Origin: Octopus vulgaris
Lineage: Eukaryota
Length of the DNA: 64,000 bases
Direction: 5' to 3'
NCBI GenBank assembly: GCA_951406725.2
Contig: OX597820.1
Coordinates: 122,698,001 to 122,762,000 of the forward strand
Of this stretch, positions 1 to 13,094 are shown one piece after another. The stretch's first letter is position 1. The number at the start of each line of letters is the position of its first letter. The notes below the pieces were generated by a model that searched no databases, had not been told where the DNA came from, and saw nothing but the letters and a program-made list of their open reading frames with translations. Position numbers and translations under genes: made by a program.

Positions 1-56
1 GATTATCGAAAGGCTTTTGATAGTATTCCGCACACATGGATTCTAGAAGCAGTCAG
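1..56 (+). pseudogene. Fragment of non-LTR retrotransposon reverse transcriptase (RLE-type, R4/Dong-like), cut by window edge
   Basis: Frame 1 reads DYRKAFDSIPHTWILEAV, the RT motif also seen at 38283-38678 (DYKKAFDSLPHSWMLE). Confidence 0.7.
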
Positions 57-151
57 GTGTCCTTATTTCTAGTTCTGAATAATGTAAGGATCCATCCAGA
101 TACTTCTCTGCACAGTGTTGCCGTCCTGGCAACATGCACATGGAATGCTGC

Positions 152-334
152 GACGGCGGCCACGTTGGAGCACTACATTTAGTCGAGCAAATCGATCTCA
201 GAACTTATTCTTTGTAAGCATAGTACTTATTCTATCTGTCTCCTCTGCCGAACCGCCAGGTTACAGTAACGTAGACACACCAGCATCGGTTGTCATGTGA
301 TGTTGATAGGACTGACACAAACACACCAACGTAG

Positions 335-399
<65 letters not shown>

Positions 400-569
400 A
401 ATATATATAACGGGCTTCTTTCAGTTTCCGTCTACCAAATCCACTCACAAGCTTTGGTCGGTCCGAGGCAATAATAGAAGACACTTGCCCAAGGTGCCAC
501 GCAGTGGGATTGAAGCCGGAACCATGTGGTTGGTAAACAAGCTACTTACCACACATCTACTCCTGCGCC

Positions 570-570
<1 letters not shown>
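152..570 (-). mobile_element. tRNA-headed CORE-type SINE (family A) with internal (CA)n
   Basis: Homologous to 51183-51588 and 61223-61592; minus strand has CORE-like GCACCTTGGGCAAGTGTCTTCT; internal microsatellite at about 336-400. Confidence 0.8.
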
Positions 571-622
<52 letters not shown>

Positions 623-952
623 ACACACATATAGGTGCTTGTATGTATATGTCTGTGTATGTGAGTGTGTATAGGCGCACAAATATGGTTGCGAATGATT
701 ATACAATTGAATAAATCGATGTTTTACTAGAAATAAACGTTCAGGAGAAGAGGTTGTACTTACAAAAGTATAACATTCTACAAGGCAAAATATGCATTCG
801 TGTGCACTAAACATATTAACAGCTTTGTCTCCCCTCTCTCGCCTTGTCTCTCTCCCCTTCTCACTCTCTCTCTCTCTTTCTCTCACTCTGTCTGTCTGTC
901 TGTCTTCTCTCTCTCTCTTTCTCTATCTGTCTGTCTTCTCTCTCTCTCTCTG

Positions 953-1019
<67 letters not shown>

Positions 1020-1103
1020 TGCGGGCAGATTCATAAATATATATGAATAAATATGTATATACATATATATATGTGTATTCATCTCTGTCTCTGTCACTTT
1101 CAA

Positions 1104-1139
<36 letters not shown>

Positions 1140-1156
1140 ATATATATATATATCTA

Positions 1157-1317
1157 CTAGAAAACCATTATCCAAGAACCAGGCGCAAGCTTAGGAAATC
1201 TGAGGAAAATGTTTCCGAATAATACACTCTAATAAACCAGTATATTTCTAATTATGACATATACATACATATATAAATACATACATACATACATATATAT
1301 GTGTGTGTGTGTATGTG

Positions 1318-1384
<67 letters not shown>

Positions 1385-1555
1385 GTTGTAACATATTTCT
1401 ATTATATATTTTTATGTATGTATGTATGTATATATGTATGTATGTATGTATATGTCATAATTAGAAATATACTGGTTTATTAGAGTGTAATATTCGGAAA
1501 CATGTTCCTCAGATTTCCCAAGCTCGCGCCTGGTTCTGGGATAATTGTCTTCTAG
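1157..1555. repeat. Inverted repeat (~105 bp arms) around a (TA)/(TACA)n core
   Basis: 1157-1262 CTAGAAAACCATTATCCAAGAACCAGGCGC...CTAATTATGACATA is the reverse complement of about 1450-1555 with scattered mismatches. Confidence 0.85.
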
Positions 1556-1787
1556 GAATGATATTTTATAAATTTGTACTGGCATTTTAGGTTGATAAAT
1601 TTGATTTCACTGTCTTAGTGACAGAGATGATTATATATTAACTGGTCGAAATGTTTTTTGTATCTTTGTCAAAAATTATATGTCGAACAATGGCCGACCA
1701 ATATTGATTTTAGTAAAATATGTTATGTAATAAATCATATATATACACACATGTACGTATGTATATATGTATATACACGCATATACA

Positions 1788-1866
<79 letters not shown>

Positions 1867-1901
1867 GTACGTATGTATATATGTATATACACGCATATAC
1901 A

Positions 1902-1976
<75 letters not shown>

Positions 1977-2116
1977 AACATATATATATATATATATAAT
2001 ATATATGTTTTTAAATGAATCAATAATCCAATTCTGAATCAATCTCTCCCTCTCTCCCCTCTCTCTCCCTCTCTCTCTCTGTTACACACACGTACACATA
2101 AGTATACATATTTAAA

Positions 2117-2152
<36 letters not shown>

Positions 2153-2177
2153 TATACATACACATACACCAACGATA

Positions 2178-2226
<49 letters not shown>

Positions 2227-2271
2227 GTACATATACATACACACACATACAACACCAAAGATATATTTATA

Positions 2272-2312
<41 letters not shown>

Positions 2313-2350
2313 GTACATATACATGCACATACACCAAAGATATATTTATA

Positions 2351-2388
<38 letters not shown>

Positions 2389-2769
2389 CATATATACATA
2401 TATATATGCACATCTACATTGCTACGTAAGATATCTAGTTACAAACATATACTCCTATCTCTGTTCATATCCATGATTTATGATATAATGCTTCTGTAGG
2501 CAATTTATTGGGGAAAATGAAATATTGTGATATTGATGGCTTCTGACATTACGACATTAGTGACATACAGCAAGCCGTCTCAAATGGAAATTGAAAGCGA
2601 GTTTAGAGATTCATTACATTCGAAACTTACCGTCACAACACGGAAAACAGTTATTCGCAAACACGCACTAAAATTCATAATTTTATATATATATATATAT
2701 TCACTCATCTATCCATACTTTATGAAAGCCATAGCCATCTATTTTACCAGAACATTCACTAATATCATA

Positions 2770-3250
2770 CAAAGCGATCTGCAAATAAGCATGCATGCTA
2801 ATAGATTCTTGGTTTTAAAAACTCTTGATGGGTGGAAGTAGACAAAACAAGCTATTTTGACGTCCCCATTTGCCCTATACTGTTGCCAAATTAAGCGAGT
2901 TGGTCGGATGATTCCGGATCTACAATGGTGTCCTCTTGTTTTGCTTAGTGAGTAAATGTGTAGAGTTAACGGCCTCTTAATTTCGAGCATTTCCATCGTC
3001 TTTAAAGCTGCTATCCACAGGAAGTGATTAATTATAATATTCAATGGATACGGCCTGAGAGGGACACTTGAAGCAAATCTTATAAACGCTGTCGGCGTTA
3101 CCTTTAAAGTGAACGCAGAATTGGCCATCAAAAATGAAAAGAAAAGAAATTTTCAACACAGAATCGAGCCACCTATGGAACATTGTCAAACATGTTCCAA
3201 AAGCATCTGCTAGCGGGTAAATGAGTGGTCGTAGGATGAGCACACATACA
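2770..3250 (-). pseudogene. Possible highly decayed Penelope-like RT fragment
   Basis: LKISFLFIFDGQFCVHFKG loosely resembles the PLE RT segment (F.F.GQFY.Q..G); no YxDD visible. Confidence 0.25.
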
Positions 3251-3489
3251 ACGGATCTGTAGGCTACTACAATGGTGAACGAAGACAGTCAATACAAGAA
3301 ATAATATCAGTTACACTATTTCCCAGTACACTGTATTAGTGTGAAAATCAGTGATGCGAAACATTCTTTATCGAAAATTATTTCTCAAACGGCTACTATG
3401 TTACGCAACACATTCCAACCTAAAAGTAACACCGACTGATTCTATCTACCGAGAAGTGAATGTGATAGAGGATTACTAAACGTGGAAAA

Positions 3490-3981
3490 TATTGTCAGTA
3501 GTGAAATATGTTGTGCAGAGTAAAAGAAAAATACTATCGGCAACCATAGTTATCGCAAAGGGGATTGAAACAGTAAGAGAATTCAAAAAGAAAAAGGAGA
3601 ACAGAATGAACAAATGGAAAGAAATGGAATTCCGTGGCCAATTCACGCAACAAACCATGAATGTTGGAAGTAAAGATCGCTGGCTTTGGTTGGCGACGGG
3701 AATTCGAAACGAGACTGGCATTATCGACCGGCCGAAAAGTAACAGTAAGAATCGATATCAAAGGAAATTCTAAAATTGAACACATATCGGGACCTGGCCA
3801 GAGAGAGGAAGTGAGAGTGGGAAACTAAGACAAGTATTTCAGTGGTAATTGGTGTACTAGGCACAACACCCAAAATGGTATTTAAAAGACTGAAAGTTAT
3901 TGGAATTGAGACTCACATTAACTGGAGAAAAGTATCATCCTGTATTCTGCAAGGGTTTCAAGAAAAATTCTTGAAATTTGA
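3490..3981 (+). pseudogene. Decayed 3' part of RLE-type non-LTR retrotransposon (R4/Dong-like)
   Basis: WKEMEFRGQF...DRWLWL and, with frameshifts, TYRDLARE...SVVIGVLGTTPK...SIILYSAR, matching the C-terminal RLE region seen at 63271-63849. Confidence 0.7.
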
Positions 3982-4401
3982 GATGACTTTTTGTCACTAT
4001 GCCTGAAGATGATATTCGTTTCGTAATAACAAGTGACGACTTCTTAATGCTGGGTTCTCTTATTGGTCTCAAAGATCCAACAATGTTGAGGCTGCAGAAA
4101 AGAGAGAAAGGAGAAATGGAAAACAAAACCAATAAGAAACTGTTGTGGTTGTGGTATTACATCATGTAGAGCGGTGAGATTAATAAGTTAATATACAGGG
4201 ACCGTTCATGCCATGTTAATTGCATGAACGGTCATCCAATAAATAGAAACATCCGATTGCTTTAATGATCCTTGGATCAGTCAGAAACTGATAAATACGA
4301 GCACAAAATCTATATTTGGCGATAATGAGTTTTGTTTTTCTTTTTTTTCGACTACTTAGCTACTCCCCTACCAACCCCTTCCCTAAATCCTTAGACATAA
4401 T

Positions 4402-4900
4402 CTGTTTATTCATTACCCACAAGGGGGTAAACACAGAGGGGACAAACAAGGACAGAAAAAACGGATTAAGTCGATTACATCGACCCCGGTGCGTAACTGG
4501 TACTTAATTCACTGGTACTTAATTAATTATAAGGCGGCGAGCTGGCAGAAACGTTAGCACGCCGGGCGAAATGCTTAGCGGTATTTCGTCTGCGTTACGT
4601 TGTGAGTTCAAATTCCGCCGAGGTCGACTTTGCCTTTCATCCTTTCGGGGTCGATAAATTAAGTACCAGTTACGAACTAGGGTCGATGTAATCGACTTAA
4701 TACCTATGTCTGTCCTTGTTTGTTCCCTCTGTGTTTAGCCCCTTGTGGGTAATAAAGAAATAGGTACTTAATTCATCGACCCCGAAAGGATGAAAGGCAA
4801 GATCGACTTCGGCAGAATTTGAACTCAGAACGTAACGGCAGACGAAATACGGCTACACATTTCGCCCGGCGTGCTAACGTTTCTGCCAGCTCGCCCCCTT
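4402..4900 (-). mobile_element. SINE family B (minus strand) interrupted by a second family-B copy
   Basis: Tail at 4402-4510 and head at 4765-4900 are contiguous pieces of the same consensus as 62220-62449. Confidence 0.85.
4531..4764 (+). mobile_element. SINE family B, full length (~235 bp)
   Basis: GGCGGCGAGCTGGCAGAAACGTTAGC head, B-box-like GAGTTCAAATTCC, central GCCTTTCATCCTTTCGGGGTCGATAAATTAAGTACC, ends AAAGAAATAGGT; GGTACTTAATT duplicated on both sides. Confidence 0.9.
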
Positions 4901-5157
4901 CAGCCCCATATACTCTTAGGATTCCGGAAAGGGGAAAAAGAATACGACAGAAATTATAGATTGTTAAGGTTAAATAATTGAAACTTTAAAAGAAAAACTG
5001 AAAACCAGAATTTATTTGTTTAACAACTTCCGAGTGTGGAGCGGTTCTGGTCGTAGCCGTAGCAACGGGGTATGTTAATAATTGTTGGGTTTGGAATGGC
5101 AGATGACAAACGAAACAAGGATCCTTGATAATACTGCTTTCAAATTTTGGCACAAGG

Positions 5158-5334
5158 CCTGAAGCGCATGCCCACAAAGCAACGTCTTGCGACAGATCTA
5201 TTTCATGTTTCCCGCCCGCTTCTCTTTCGACTCTCCACTTCTATTATGTTGACACTTCCGGGTAAGCTCCAGCTTTACAATAACGGGGTTTGCCATCTGC
5301 CATTCCAAACCCAACAATCATTAACATACCCCGT
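5158..5334. other. Composite templated insertion (inverted copies of 6442-6568 and 5065-5111) inside a family-B SINE remnant
   Basis: Direct reverse-complement comparison by eye: 127 bp with 4 mismatches and 47 bp with 2 mismatches; SINE tail at 5138-5159 resumes at about 5345. Confidence 0.85.
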
Positions 5335-5664
5335 ATGAGAAGCTATGTCAATTACATCGATCCCGTTGCTCATATGAAACTTATTTCATCGACCCCGAAA
5401 GGATAAACTGCAAAGTTGACCTTGGTGGATCAATAATAATATTAAGAGCAATTTCTTCTCTTTGCAGACAGGCGAACGGTCTTCTGCTCCTCCGTGAATT
5501 TCCACATCCATCCAACACCGCCAGTCTAACCATTTCTATTTCTCTTTTCAACAATCTCTTAATTCGCTGCCCTCTCTCTCCCACTCCATCTTCAATTCAA
5601 CCGCATCTTATATTTAATCTTCTTAAAGCAGCAACAGCATCAACGACAACGACTGCGATCACAA

Positions 5665-6260
<596 letters not shown>

Positions 6261-6747
6261 GTCCGCCATTGTCGTAGGAACAGTCTGTCTTATCCTTCCT
6301 CTCCGTACGCATTTCTTCCCTTTGAACAAAAACAAATAAACAAACAAACAAATAAACAAAACCAGTCAAGCAATAAATTAACAAACAGATAATTGACGAA
6401 ATCACGTTTGACCTTTGTGGAATGTTAGGGGATTCCGAGATGTTATTGTAAAGCTGAAGCTTACCCGGAAGTGTCGACACAATAGAAGTGGAGAGTCGAA
6501 AGAGAAGCGGGCGGGAAACATGAAATAGATCTGTCGCAAGACATTGCTTTGTGGGCATGCGCTTCAGGAAATGCCGTGCCGCCATTATTCTAACGGTCGA
6601 CATCTTCCAATTCGTAATATCGTCAACCACTTCCGGCTGTCTTTTTTGCTTCAGCCTCACTTTCTCTCTCCCTTTGTCTGTTTTTCACTCTCGCTGACAT
6701 TTTTTATTCTCTCCCTCTCCTCCTTTCTCTCTTTCTCTCTCTCTCTC

Positions 6748-6792
<45 letters not shown>

Positions 6793-6813
6793 GGTCGGTC
6801 ACGTGATCACATG

Positions 6814-6844
<31 letters not shown>

Positions 6845-6851
<7 letters not shown>

Positions 6852-7144
6852 CATGTGAACACGTGACCGACCAGACCATCAGATGTTGTTACACATCGCT
6901 GGTCACAATGCGTTCGCATTGTTTTAGCTTTTGAATGACGTCACCCCGCTGGCTACGCGAGCAGGCCAACAGAAGAAAGAGTGGTGAAAGAGTACAGCAG
7001 GGATCACCACCCCCTACCGGAGCGTCGTGGAGCTTTTATGTGTTTTTCGCTCAATAAACACTCACAATGCCCGGTCTGGGAATCGAAACCGCGATCCTAC
7101 GACCGTCAGTCCGCTGCCCTAACCACTGGGCCATTACGCCTCCA
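6845..7144 (-). mobile_element. tRNA-headed SINE family C; 3' end abuts (TA)n
   Basis: A-box-like TGGCCCAGTGGTTAGG and B-box-like GGTTTCGATTCC on minus strand; homologous to 8704-9015, 14446-14727, 20071-20362, 42765-42985. Confidence 0.9.
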
Positions 7145-8344
7145 CACACACACACACACACACACATTTTTCTTTGTCTTCAGAGGTGGAGCGTTTAAAG
7201 GAAATGCTTTTATTAGTCGAGCGATTGACACTTCTTATTTGTCTTTAGAACCATTATGTTACTTCTCTCTCCTTTTTTTGCTGCCTATCTTTTCAAACTT
7301 TCCCTTTCTCTTCTCTCTGCCTCTCTGTCTACATCTCTCTCTCTCTCTCTCCTATTTCTTAAAAGCTTTCCTGCGCCTTCATTCTATACATATATTTCCT
7401 TCATACTTGCCATCAACATATCTCGTCCTAATTACTCTTTCCTGGTTTATTTTCTGGTTTGCTCGTCTCCTTCTTCCCTTATCAACCCACCATATCCCCA
7501 AACTTACAAAAACGAGATTTAAAAAAAAAAAAAAAATGTTCAGAAATGGATTTTGCGGGCGCCTGCTTGTTGAGAGAAAGAAGGTGGGAGGAGTTTATGA
7601 AAAGCTAAGAACAAAAATTCATTTGGAGATTAAATTACGTTTTCGAAATGTTTGATCTCATTGGATAGTATTAGATTACAATATCATTTAGCGACATCCT
7701 TATATGACTGGTTTTTATTTTATTTACAAATGAATTGATAAATACTACAACGAAGTTGTTGACGGTATTTTAATTCCCAAACTTCAGCCGAGAATAGTAA
7801 ACGGGTCACAATTTGTAATATCCTCTCTTAGCAGTTAAAATCACATCTTTAAAAACAAGTATGGAGTGAAGGTTCATTCTGAAAGTGAGCCACAAAATTA
7901 TTTCACTGCTGCTTAGACTTAATAGAGATTTTGTAATCAATCACGGGTTCTGACTTTGCGTGAATAGTTCTTCGTCAGAAAGGAAAACGGATGAGCCGAG
8001 AGAGTAAGAAATATAACCAACAGCACGTCTGTGGACGTATATATACATATATATATGTGTGTGTGTAAAGGTGAGCAGAGTTAGCGGTTGGAATAACCGT
8101 CTAAGAGATAAGAATATCCATTCTTACCATCGGTATCATTTACCTATACTATTCCTGGGCAAGCACACTATTCTCATAGGATACAGGTGAAAAAAACTAA
8201 ATAAGCAAAAGTTTATCAGGAATCAAATTTAAGTAAGCAAAATGGTATGATTCTAATATATTGAGACATCTGGCCTCATCTCGAGGCCCGGTTCTTCCCT
8301 CTTCCCGCTTCCTTTCATTTATATTATTTATTTTTTGTATTTGC

Positions 8345-8466
8345 ACTCACTCTGACGAAGCTCCTTGTACTAGACTGAATGTGCTATAAGGAAGGCGAGT
8401 ATTATTTCCGGAATTTTCTTTGTAAGCATCGATTGACATCGGCAGCCGAAACGGACGTAAGAAATG
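8345..8466 (+). ncRNA. Candidate type-I hammerhead ribozyme with long stem-II insertion (degenerate stem I)
   Basis: CTGACGA (8352-58), AGCT...AGCC, GAAA (8448-51), CGGACG, TA; unit ends at (TA)n near 8558. Confidence 0.5.
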
Positions 8467-8555
8467 TTATGTAATATCATGTTTTGTATTTGAAACAATT
8501 AACCTATTTTGGGCAATCTGTTTGTTTGTTGATCAAAAGTTTTCTCCATTTCCCT

Positions 8556-8593
<38 letters not shown>

Positions 8594-8598
8594 CATAT

Positions 8599-8635
<37 letters not shown>

Positions 8636-8703
8636 CACACATACATATACACATATATATACACACACACACACATACACATATATATATATATATACTT
8701 ATG

Positions 8704-9015
8704 TGGAGTTGCGATGGCCCAGTGGTTAGGGCAGCGGACTCGCGGTTGTAGGATCGCGGTTTCGATTGTGAGTGCTTCGTTGTGAGTGTTTATTGGGCGA
8801 AAACACCTAAAAGCTCCACGAGGCTCCGGCAGGGGGTGGTGACGATCCCTGCTGTACTCTTTCGCCATAACTTTCTCTCACTCTTTCTTCTGTTGGCCTG
8901 CTCGCTCAGCCAGTGGGGTGGCGTCATTTGAAGGCTAAAACAATGCGAAACGCATTGTGACCAGCGATGTATAGCAACATCTGATAGCCTGGTCGGTCAT
9001 GGTGATTACGGTGAT
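8704..9015 (+). mobile_element. SINE family C
   Basis: Same consensus as 6845-7144; ends GGTGATTACGGTGATATATA. Confidence 0.88.
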
Positions 9016-9099
9016 ATATATACTTATATATCTATATGTGTGTGTTGGTGTGTGTGCGTTTGAGTGTGTGAGTGTGTGTGTATGTTTATAGACATGTGT

Positions 9100-10272
9100 G
9101 CGACGTGGTACCCAAAAGTAACCAGGAACGTTCTCTGTGGGACAAGCTCATTGTAGTTCAGGCTCTCTCTGCCAGAAGCCACTTGATGCAGACCTCAGGC
9201 ATCAGTCTGCCGACCGGCGTGGTCGCTTCGGGTCATAATGACACGTTGGGCGTCTTTGTTTTGAAGTGCTTCAACTGTATTCGTCGATTTATGCGAAGGA
9301 ACAGCGTTCTTCCTTTAAATTCTAATTTCTGCTGGGGAAAATGGCGGCCGAAACCGTTTTCATGCTTCAAACAGCTTACAAGGACGCTGCCATGAGCAAA
9401 ACGCAAGCTTACGAGTGGTTTTCACTCTTTAGGAATGGTGAATTGTCTTCTTGAAGACCAACCTCGTTCAAGGTGACGGTAGACCTCCCGAACGAATGGC
9501 AGGTTATGAAATGATATTGGAGGACCGTCGCTGAACAACTGATGCACTTGTTGATATAACTAATGTGTTCTGGAGTTCCTGCCAAAGAATTCGGAGAGAG
9601 GAACCGAAAAGAGTTGCAGAAAAATGTATGCATCACTTGCTCATGTTGTTTGTTCCTTCTCAAGCCATGCCTGGCTCATAAGGGTCGGTTTCCCGGTTTC
9701 TTGGCGTATAGGTTCCCCACCTGGACAGGACGCCGGTCCGTCACAGGTGAGCTGCAAGATGCAAGAGGAAAGAGTGAGAGAAAGTTGTGGCAAAAGAGTC
9801 AGCAGAAGTTTCGCCATTACCTTCTGCCGGAGCCGCGTGGATCTTAGGTGTTTCGCTCATAAACACACGCATCGCCCGGTCTGAGATTCGAACCTGCGAC
9901 CGTCAGTCCGCTGCTCTAACCACTAGGCCATGTGCCTCCTCACTTGCTCATGGAAGATTAAGAACAATGACCAGAGAATACGTGTCATTAAATGAAAGAA
10001 AAGAAGTTGATTTGGATCTTTTTTTCGAAGGTCCACACTGATGGCGAAAGCTGGTACTACGGAATTTGCAGATATGGAAGAGGTGAGGAAAAGAAAAAGG
10101 ACGGCGGCGTTGAAAGGCATCACTTGCCAAGAGTTGCAGAACTGCTTCGAACAGTGGAAAACGCGTCTGAATCGATGGACTGCTTCAAATGGAGAATACT
10201 TTGCAAGCGATAAAAGTGTAACCATGTAAAATTAAGTGAATAAAACTGCGAAATTATTTTGGGTAACGCCAT
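9100..10272 (+). mobile_element. Internally deleted, decayed mariner transposon with nested SINE
   Basis: N-terminal LGKMAAETVFMLQTAYKDAAMSKTQAYEWFSLFRNG...EDQPRS (about 9330-9480); C-terminal FADMEEV...LQNCFEQWKTRLNRWTASNGEYF (10041-10229); imperfect TIRs containing TACCCAAAA. Confidence 0.8.
9646..9939 (-). mobile_element. tRNA-headed SINE family D with 13-bp TSD
   Basis: TSD TCACTTGCTCATG at 9633-9645 and 9940-9952; homologous to 33897-34171 and 58771-59066. Confidence 0.9.
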
Positions 10273-10332
<60 letters not shown>

Positions 10333-10466
10333 GTGTGTGTATGTGTGTGCGCATATATATATATATATCTAAAGAGAGAAAGAGAAGGAGAGAGAGAGTT
10401 AGGCCGTCAGATGGACGGACGGACAAACAGACAGACAGATAGGTAAATAGCTAGATAGATAGGTAA

Positions 10467-10520
<54 letters not shown>

Positions 10521-10605
10521 TTATATATAGAATATTACGTTTGCGTGTATGTGTGTGTCTGTCTGTAGACATATACGTATTTTTATGCATTTACGTAACT
10601 CAAAA

Positions 10606-10646
<41 letters not shown>

Positions 10647-10709
10647 TATATATATATTACTCTGAACTGCTTCTCGTTCGCGGGCGAGTTCTACCATCAG
10701 GTCTCGGGA

Positions 10710-12248
10710 GTGGCCATGGGAACGCGAATGGGCCCCAACTATGCGAACCTGTTCGTTGGCTATGTTGAGGCCCAAATATTCTCTAATTTCACTGGTCCCA
10801 CTCCTGAACTATATGGTCGTTATATTGACGACATTATCGGTGCCACCTCACTCTCCCGCGAACATCTAGATTCCTTCCTCTCTTTCGTCCAATCTTTCCA
10901 TCCAGCCCTCCACTTCACTTCCACTATCTCCAACACCTCTGTCTCCTTCCTCGACATTTCGGTTAGCATTCTTCACTCCACTCTTACCACCTCCATTCAC
11001 TACAAACACACAGACTCACACTCATACCTCAACTTCTCTTCCTCCCACCCAGAACACACCAAGCTTTCCATCCCCTATTCCCAATTCCTCCGTCTACGTA
11101 GGCTCTGTAGTGACGACCATGACTTTGAGACTCAGTCTCAACGTATGGCTCACCACTTCACCCTACGTGGATACCCCCTCACCACTATCCACACCGCCCT
11201 TGCCAGAGCACGGTCCGTGGACCGTGTATCTGCTCTCTCTCCCCGAACCCGCCCTGTAGTCTCCCGCCTCCCTTTTCCCCTCACTTACCACCCCACGACC
11301 CTACGTCTCCAACGCACCATTCTTCGAGCTTTCCGTCATCTCCAGTCCGACCCGTCCACTTCACACCTCTTCCCTAACCGACCCCTCCCCTCTTTCAAAC
11401 GAGCCCACAACCTTCGGGACCTTTTGGTCCATAGCTCCTTCCCTGACCCTACCTCCCAACCCGGCTCGTTCCCCTGCTCCCGCCCACGTTGCCGCACTTG
11501 CCCTTACATCTCCAACACCACCCGCCTCACTAGCACCCACCATCGACCCTATCCCATCATCCACTCCTTCACCTGCACCTCCAGCAATATTATCTATTGC
11601 ATCTCTTGCTCTCTCTGCAATTCCTGGTACATCGGACAAACGGGACGCCGCTTGGCTGACCGGTTCGCGGAACACCTTCGTGACATCCACCTTGCGAACG
11701 ACACACCGGTCTCACGCCATTTCCGCTCAACCGGTCACTCCTTGCAACACCTATCTGTGTTCGGTTTGTCCTTACACAGAGGCCATCCGGATTCCCGTTT
11801 GCGCCGTGAACAGGAATTAATCTTCTCTCTTCGCTCTTATACGCCATTTGGTCTCAACTCTCCCCCCTCCTCATCTAACCTCACCCCCCTCCTCACCTAT
11901 CCTTTCTCCCCCGACCCCTACTTCTTCAGTCCTTCATCCTTTCACCCCTACTCCCCTTCCCTTCTTCCCTCTTTCTCCCTCCCTCTTCCCCTTCCCTCTG
12001 CTCCCTCACTCCCTCTCTCCCCTTCTCTCTCCCCTCTCCCTCTTTCCTCCTTCATCCCCCTCATCCCCTTCCTTCTCCCCCATCCTCTCCTCTCCCCCTT
12101 CTCCTCCCCCTCTTCTTCCCCTCCCCTTCTCTCCCCCTCTTCTCTCCCCTCCCCTCTTCTCCCCCTCCCCCTCTTCTCCTCACTACACCACATGACTTTA
12201 CACATCACATCACATATGATGTGCCATACTAATACACACACCAACTAA
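10710..12248 (+). CDS. Penelope-like element polyprotein (partial): reverse transcriptase + Cys-rich linker + GIY-YIG endonuclease
   Basis: AMGTRMGPNYANLF, RYIDD, FLDISV, YKHTDSHSYLNFSSSHP, CSRPRCRTC, IIYCISCSLCNSWYIGQTGRRLADRFAEH, RREQELIFSL...PFGLN; frame uninterrupted; residues after about 11880 are low complexity. Confidence 0.92.
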   Translation: MAMGTRMGPNYANLFVGYVEAQIFSNFTGPTPELYGRYIDDIIGATSLSREHLDSFLSFVQSFHPALHFTSTISNTSVSFLDISVSILHSTLTTSIHYKHTDSHSYLNFSSSHPEHTKLSIPYSQFLRLRRLCSDDHDFETQSQRMAHHFTLRGYPLTTIHTALARARSVDRVSALSPRTRPVVSRLPFPLTYHPTTLRLQRTILRAFRHLQSDPSTSHLFPNRPLPSFKRAHNLRDLLVHSSFPDPTSQPGSFPCSRPRCRTCPYISNTTRLTSTHHRPYPIIHSFTCTSSNIIYCISCSLCNSWYIGQTGRRLADRFAEHLRDIHLANDTPVSRHFRSTGHSLQHLSVFGLSLHRGHPDSRLRREQELIFSLRSYTPFGLNSPPSSSNLTPLLTYPFSPDPYFFSPSSFHPYSPSLLPSFSLPLPLPSAPSLPLSPSLSPLPLSSFIPLIPFLLPHPLLSPFSSPSSSPPLLSPSSLPSPLLPLPLFSSLHHMTLHITSHMMCHTNTHTN

Positions 12249-12730
12249 TACCTACTAATACGTACTAATACATACTAGTACATACTAATACTTACACCAA
12301 CCCTATACATACACACGTCCAGACCCCGCATACGCACTTATACTCTCTCACACACACACACACACACCTATACATACCAATACGTACTAATACATACTAA
12401 TACATACTAATACATACACCAACCCCATACATACGCACGTCCAGACCAATCTTACGCACTAATACTCTCTCATACACACACACACACACACACACTTATA
12501 CATACTAATACATACACCAACCCTATACATACACACATCCAGACCCCTCCCACGCACTTTTAGCTGGTCCCTCAACCCTTTTATCAACCCTATTATCTCC
12601 CCTTATTTCGCTCTCGCGTCTCATGTTTGATCTTTGACCTCTGGCCGAAATCAGATCGCCATGTTGATTCGTTAGCTACTGCACGCATTTTTTTTCTCTC
12701 CTTCTTTCTGTGTTTTTCTCTCTCTGTGTA

Positions 12731-12768
12731 TCTTTCTGTTGAAGAGCGTAGGCTCGAAACGTTAAAGA
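12731..12768 (+). ncRNA. Minimal hammerhead-like motif in PLE 3' terminal repeat (core deviates from consensus)
   Basis: TCTTT CTGTTGA A GAGC-GTAG-GCTC GAAA CGTT AAAGA: stem I TCTTT/AAAGA, stem II GAGC/GCTC, palindromic AACGTT. Confidence 0.65.
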
Positions 12769-12865
12769 CTTGTTTTATTTATATTTCCTGAGCGCCATAC
12801 TAATACAATTGTTCGTTTGTTTTCCACCTGCCTTCGTCTTTTGTTTATTTTCATAAAGCTTCCCG

Positions 12866-13094
<229 letters not shown>

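Noticed and set aside
1745-2390. Exact or near-exact duplications of short spacers between (TA)n tracts (superficially CRISPR-like)
   Set aside because: Microsatellite slippage or assembly artefact; no repeat-spacer architecture and no cas genes
7948-7980. Minus-strand CTGACGA...GCAAAGTC hammerhead-like string
   Set aside because: GAAA box disrupted and stem I weak; possibly a decayed copy, so not counted
11880-12248. Pro/Ser/Leu-rich C-terminal extension of the PLE ORF
   Set aside because: Read-through into a pyrimidine-rich tract after the usual GLN terminus; no evidence of a real domain
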